DNA of 63,846 nucleotides, the filler included, from Octopus bimaculoides (Eukaryota), in the NCBI RefSeq assembly GCF_001194135.2. It is 4 parts of 4 records of this genome, joined end to end, with 100 filler letters (N's around TTAATTAATTAA, not from the genome) between each part and the next. Parts side by side here need not be neighbours in the genome. Positions count along the whole stretch, not along the records: positions 59,844 to 63,846 come from NC_068997.1; 3 more parts are not named here. One strand, given 5' to 3'. A program made the position numbers and the translations under genes. Positions 61,658 through 63,846 of this stretch are shown here, piece by piece; position 1 is the first letter of the stretch; every line of letters begins with the position of its first letter. The notes under the pieces are model-generated. The model was not told the origin of the DNA. It searched no databases and worked only from the letters and a program-made list of their open reading frames with translations.

Positions 61658-62384
61658 CTGGAACATGAATATATAACAGACAGTTTAGAAAAGAGGAAAT
61701 ACATATATAATGGATACATATATATATATATAAAATCCTATTTTGGGGTTAGGAAGGGCATCCAGCTGTAGAAAACATGCCAAAACTAACAATTGGAGCC
61801 TGATGCAGCTCTCCACCTGGCCAGATCCTGTCAGGCAGTCCAATCCATGCCAGCATGGAAAACGGATGCTAAATGATGATGGTGGTTAGGATGATGATGA
61901 TATTGTCATTGTTTTACCATCCACTTCATTATGCTTGCATATTTTGGAGAAAATTCTTTAAAGCAGATTTTTCAAAGGCCAGATGCCCTTCCTGCTGCCA
62001 ATCCTCGTCTGTTTCCAATATTCTACTGAGCCAGACATGTTTTCACAAAAGACTAGAAACAACTGATACCACTAATTATATTCCTAATTCATCGGCTGTT
62101 TGAATTCATTCATCTCCTCATCTCCATGCCCCCTTTTTATCTCTATTCAGCCTGTCACCTATATAAGGCTTACTCTTTCTTATTTGTTCTCACTCTCCTT
62201 TCTAAAAAAACATTGTTTTTATAATGAGAAGAATGTATATATATCCATTGACATTTAAAAACTTATTAACTGATATTGATTTTCTTTCTAAAATTCTGTT
62301 CTGACAGTTACACGACATAATCTGACCACATGTTTGAAGATCTTATACCAGACACTCAAAAGTTAAGCCCTTGATTATAATTAT

Positions 62385-62500
62385 TTAGGCAGTGACCTGG
62401 CAGAATCATTAGAATGCTGGACAAAATACTTGTTGGCATTTTGTCGGGCTTTACATTCTGAGTTCAAATCCTGCTAAGGTTAACTTAGCCTTTCATGCTT
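62385..62500 (+). mobile_element. CpG-decayed SINE head in an ACP7-like intron
   Basis: ggcagtgacctggcagaatcattagaatgctggacaaaat...gagttcaaatcctgctaaggttaac. Confidence 0.7.
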
Positions 62501-62708
62501 TTGTGATGTTAATGGCAATAGCAATGATGATGATGATGATGATGACATCAACAAACGTGGTGACAACAATTATGAGGAAGACAACAAGGATGCTGACAAT
62601 GACCAATGATGCCGATAGCACAATGATGCAACAATAATGACAACAGCAATAATGACGATGATAACAATAACGACCATGATGGTGTCAATGGTGATTTGGA
62701 GAACTCAC

Positions 62709-62917
62709 TTTTAGTACAGCATGGTAGTAGTAATGTCTTGCCAGTGAGTTGGTAAGATTGAAAAACACTGTAGTTGGTTCTGCTTTGTAATTCTTGTTCC
62801 ACATGGTGTCACCATATTTCACAGAGCTGGAACAGTTGACCACTGATGACCACATTATCACTATGTCCTGTGTTGTGTTACCAAAGGCTATGTGGATACC
62901 ATGAGGTTTGCAGTTTT
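62709..62917 (-). CDS. ACP7: Purple acid phosphatase (ACP7-like) exon, N-terminal domain
   Basis: tttcttttgtgcag|(x)NCKPHGIHIAFGNTTQDIVIMWSSVVNCSSSVKYGDTMW...ARHYYYHAVLK|gtgagt; 209 nt, phase 1/0; resembles the PAP PxQIHLS...M.V.W...V.YG...YxH.V.L pattern. Confidence 0.88.
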
Positions 62918-63130
62918 CTGCACAAAAGAAATAATAATAATCATAATAATGTTAAAACTGAAGGTTTTGTGTCATAGAATCAGGGGCCAGTTCAGACACG
63001 TTGGTACGTAAGGGTGAAACAAAGAAGGGACACCAATAATGTGATCCTACATAATCTTAAGAAAATGCCACAACTGGAATTATCTCTAATCATAAGTCTG
63101 CTAGATCAGTTCTGACATGGGGGGGGGGTC

Positions 63131-63131
63131 A

Positions 63132-63215
<84 letters not shown>

Positions 63216-63225
63216 CAACAACAAC
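63131..63225. repeat. (CAA)n(CAG)n microsatellite, intronic
   Basis: Seen directly in the sequence. Confidence 0.9.
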
Positions 63226-63489
63226 GGTTCCAAAGAAGACAATTGCTGTAGAATTGGTGACAATTTTATAGAATTTCTGTGTGTAATTATTTCTTGCTGT
63301 ATAATGGAAAGTAAAACAAAGAATTAGCAGTAATAGATGCCAAGTTTACATGAGATTACGTTGTAAATAACAGTCCATTGTTATCCTCATTCATTAAATG
63401 TTAATTAATTACTAATATATTATGTTAAAATTACAGCAAGTTGGTAATTAGTATTCCAGATACCACCCATAATACTATATATATAAATA

Positions 63490-63846
63490 TATGGAAAGAG
63501 GGCGGCTTATAAATGCCAAAACCTACCCTGGCGAAGAATGTACCCCACAACATAGATTAGTAGTTAGCGACTTTGGGATCAAGGCAAAATGGGTGCCCAG
63601 AATTAGACCGGCTTGGAGGAGAAGGGTGTGGAAGCTTAAAGACCCTGCAAATAGACAGAGACTTAGAGACAAGTTACTTGAAGCATTTAACGAAATAGAA
63701 GGGGATATAGCATCATACAATGTGGAAGACAATTGGAGATTTCTGCGGGACAACCTGTTGAAAGCCACCGACCAGATTTGTGGGTGGTGTAAGGTCCCCT
63801 CCCGACCCAGAGTAATGTGGTGGTGGAACAAGGAGGTAGACAGGGC
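63490..63846 (+). mobile_element. RTE-clade LINE, 5'-truncated, frame open to the window end
   Basis: RLINAKTYPGEECTPQHRLVVSDF (end of the APE endonuclease) ... RVMWWWNKEVDR; no stop in about 115 codons. Confidence 0.85.

Noticed and set aside
62520-62700. Hydrophobic, signal-like ORF extension after the ACP7 exon
   Set aside because: It is the translation of a degenerate (GAT/CAA) repeat beyond a canonical gtgagt donor.

Overview
Eukaryotic, AT-rich, microsatellite- and SINE-dense genomic DNA. The repeat families look like octopus (coleoid cephalopod) elements; this is recalled, not searched. The window is four assembly pieces joined by artificial 100-bp spacers (44 N + TTAATTAATTAA + 44 N): A 1-17395, B 17496-37833, C 37934-59743, D 59844-63846. 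Two host genes are supported. One is an intronless aminergic GPCR on the minus strand (12013-14208, 731 aa), most like type-2 tyramine receptors. The other is three consecutive spliced exons of a purple acid phosphatase (ACP7-like) on the minus strand (62709-62917, 61568-61657, 60777-60926); I could not find its catalytic 3' exons in the window. The rest is transposon debris: Penelope-like elements (PLE), RTE, CR1-like and R4/Dong-like LINEs, Helitron, Tc1/mariner, hAT, MITEs and several tRNA-SINE families. Most notable: (1) short hammerhead-ribozyme-like motifs with palindromic stem III (45441-45500, 57722-57782, 17713-17783, degenerate at 2774), two of them preceded by inverted copies of themselves, including a 482-bp near-perfect palindrome; (2) CpG-rich versus CpG-decayed domains, visible in copies of the same SINE, whose borders fall near the assembly joins. 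Most ORF-track entries are microsatellite or gap artefacts. All identities and alignments were done by eye.
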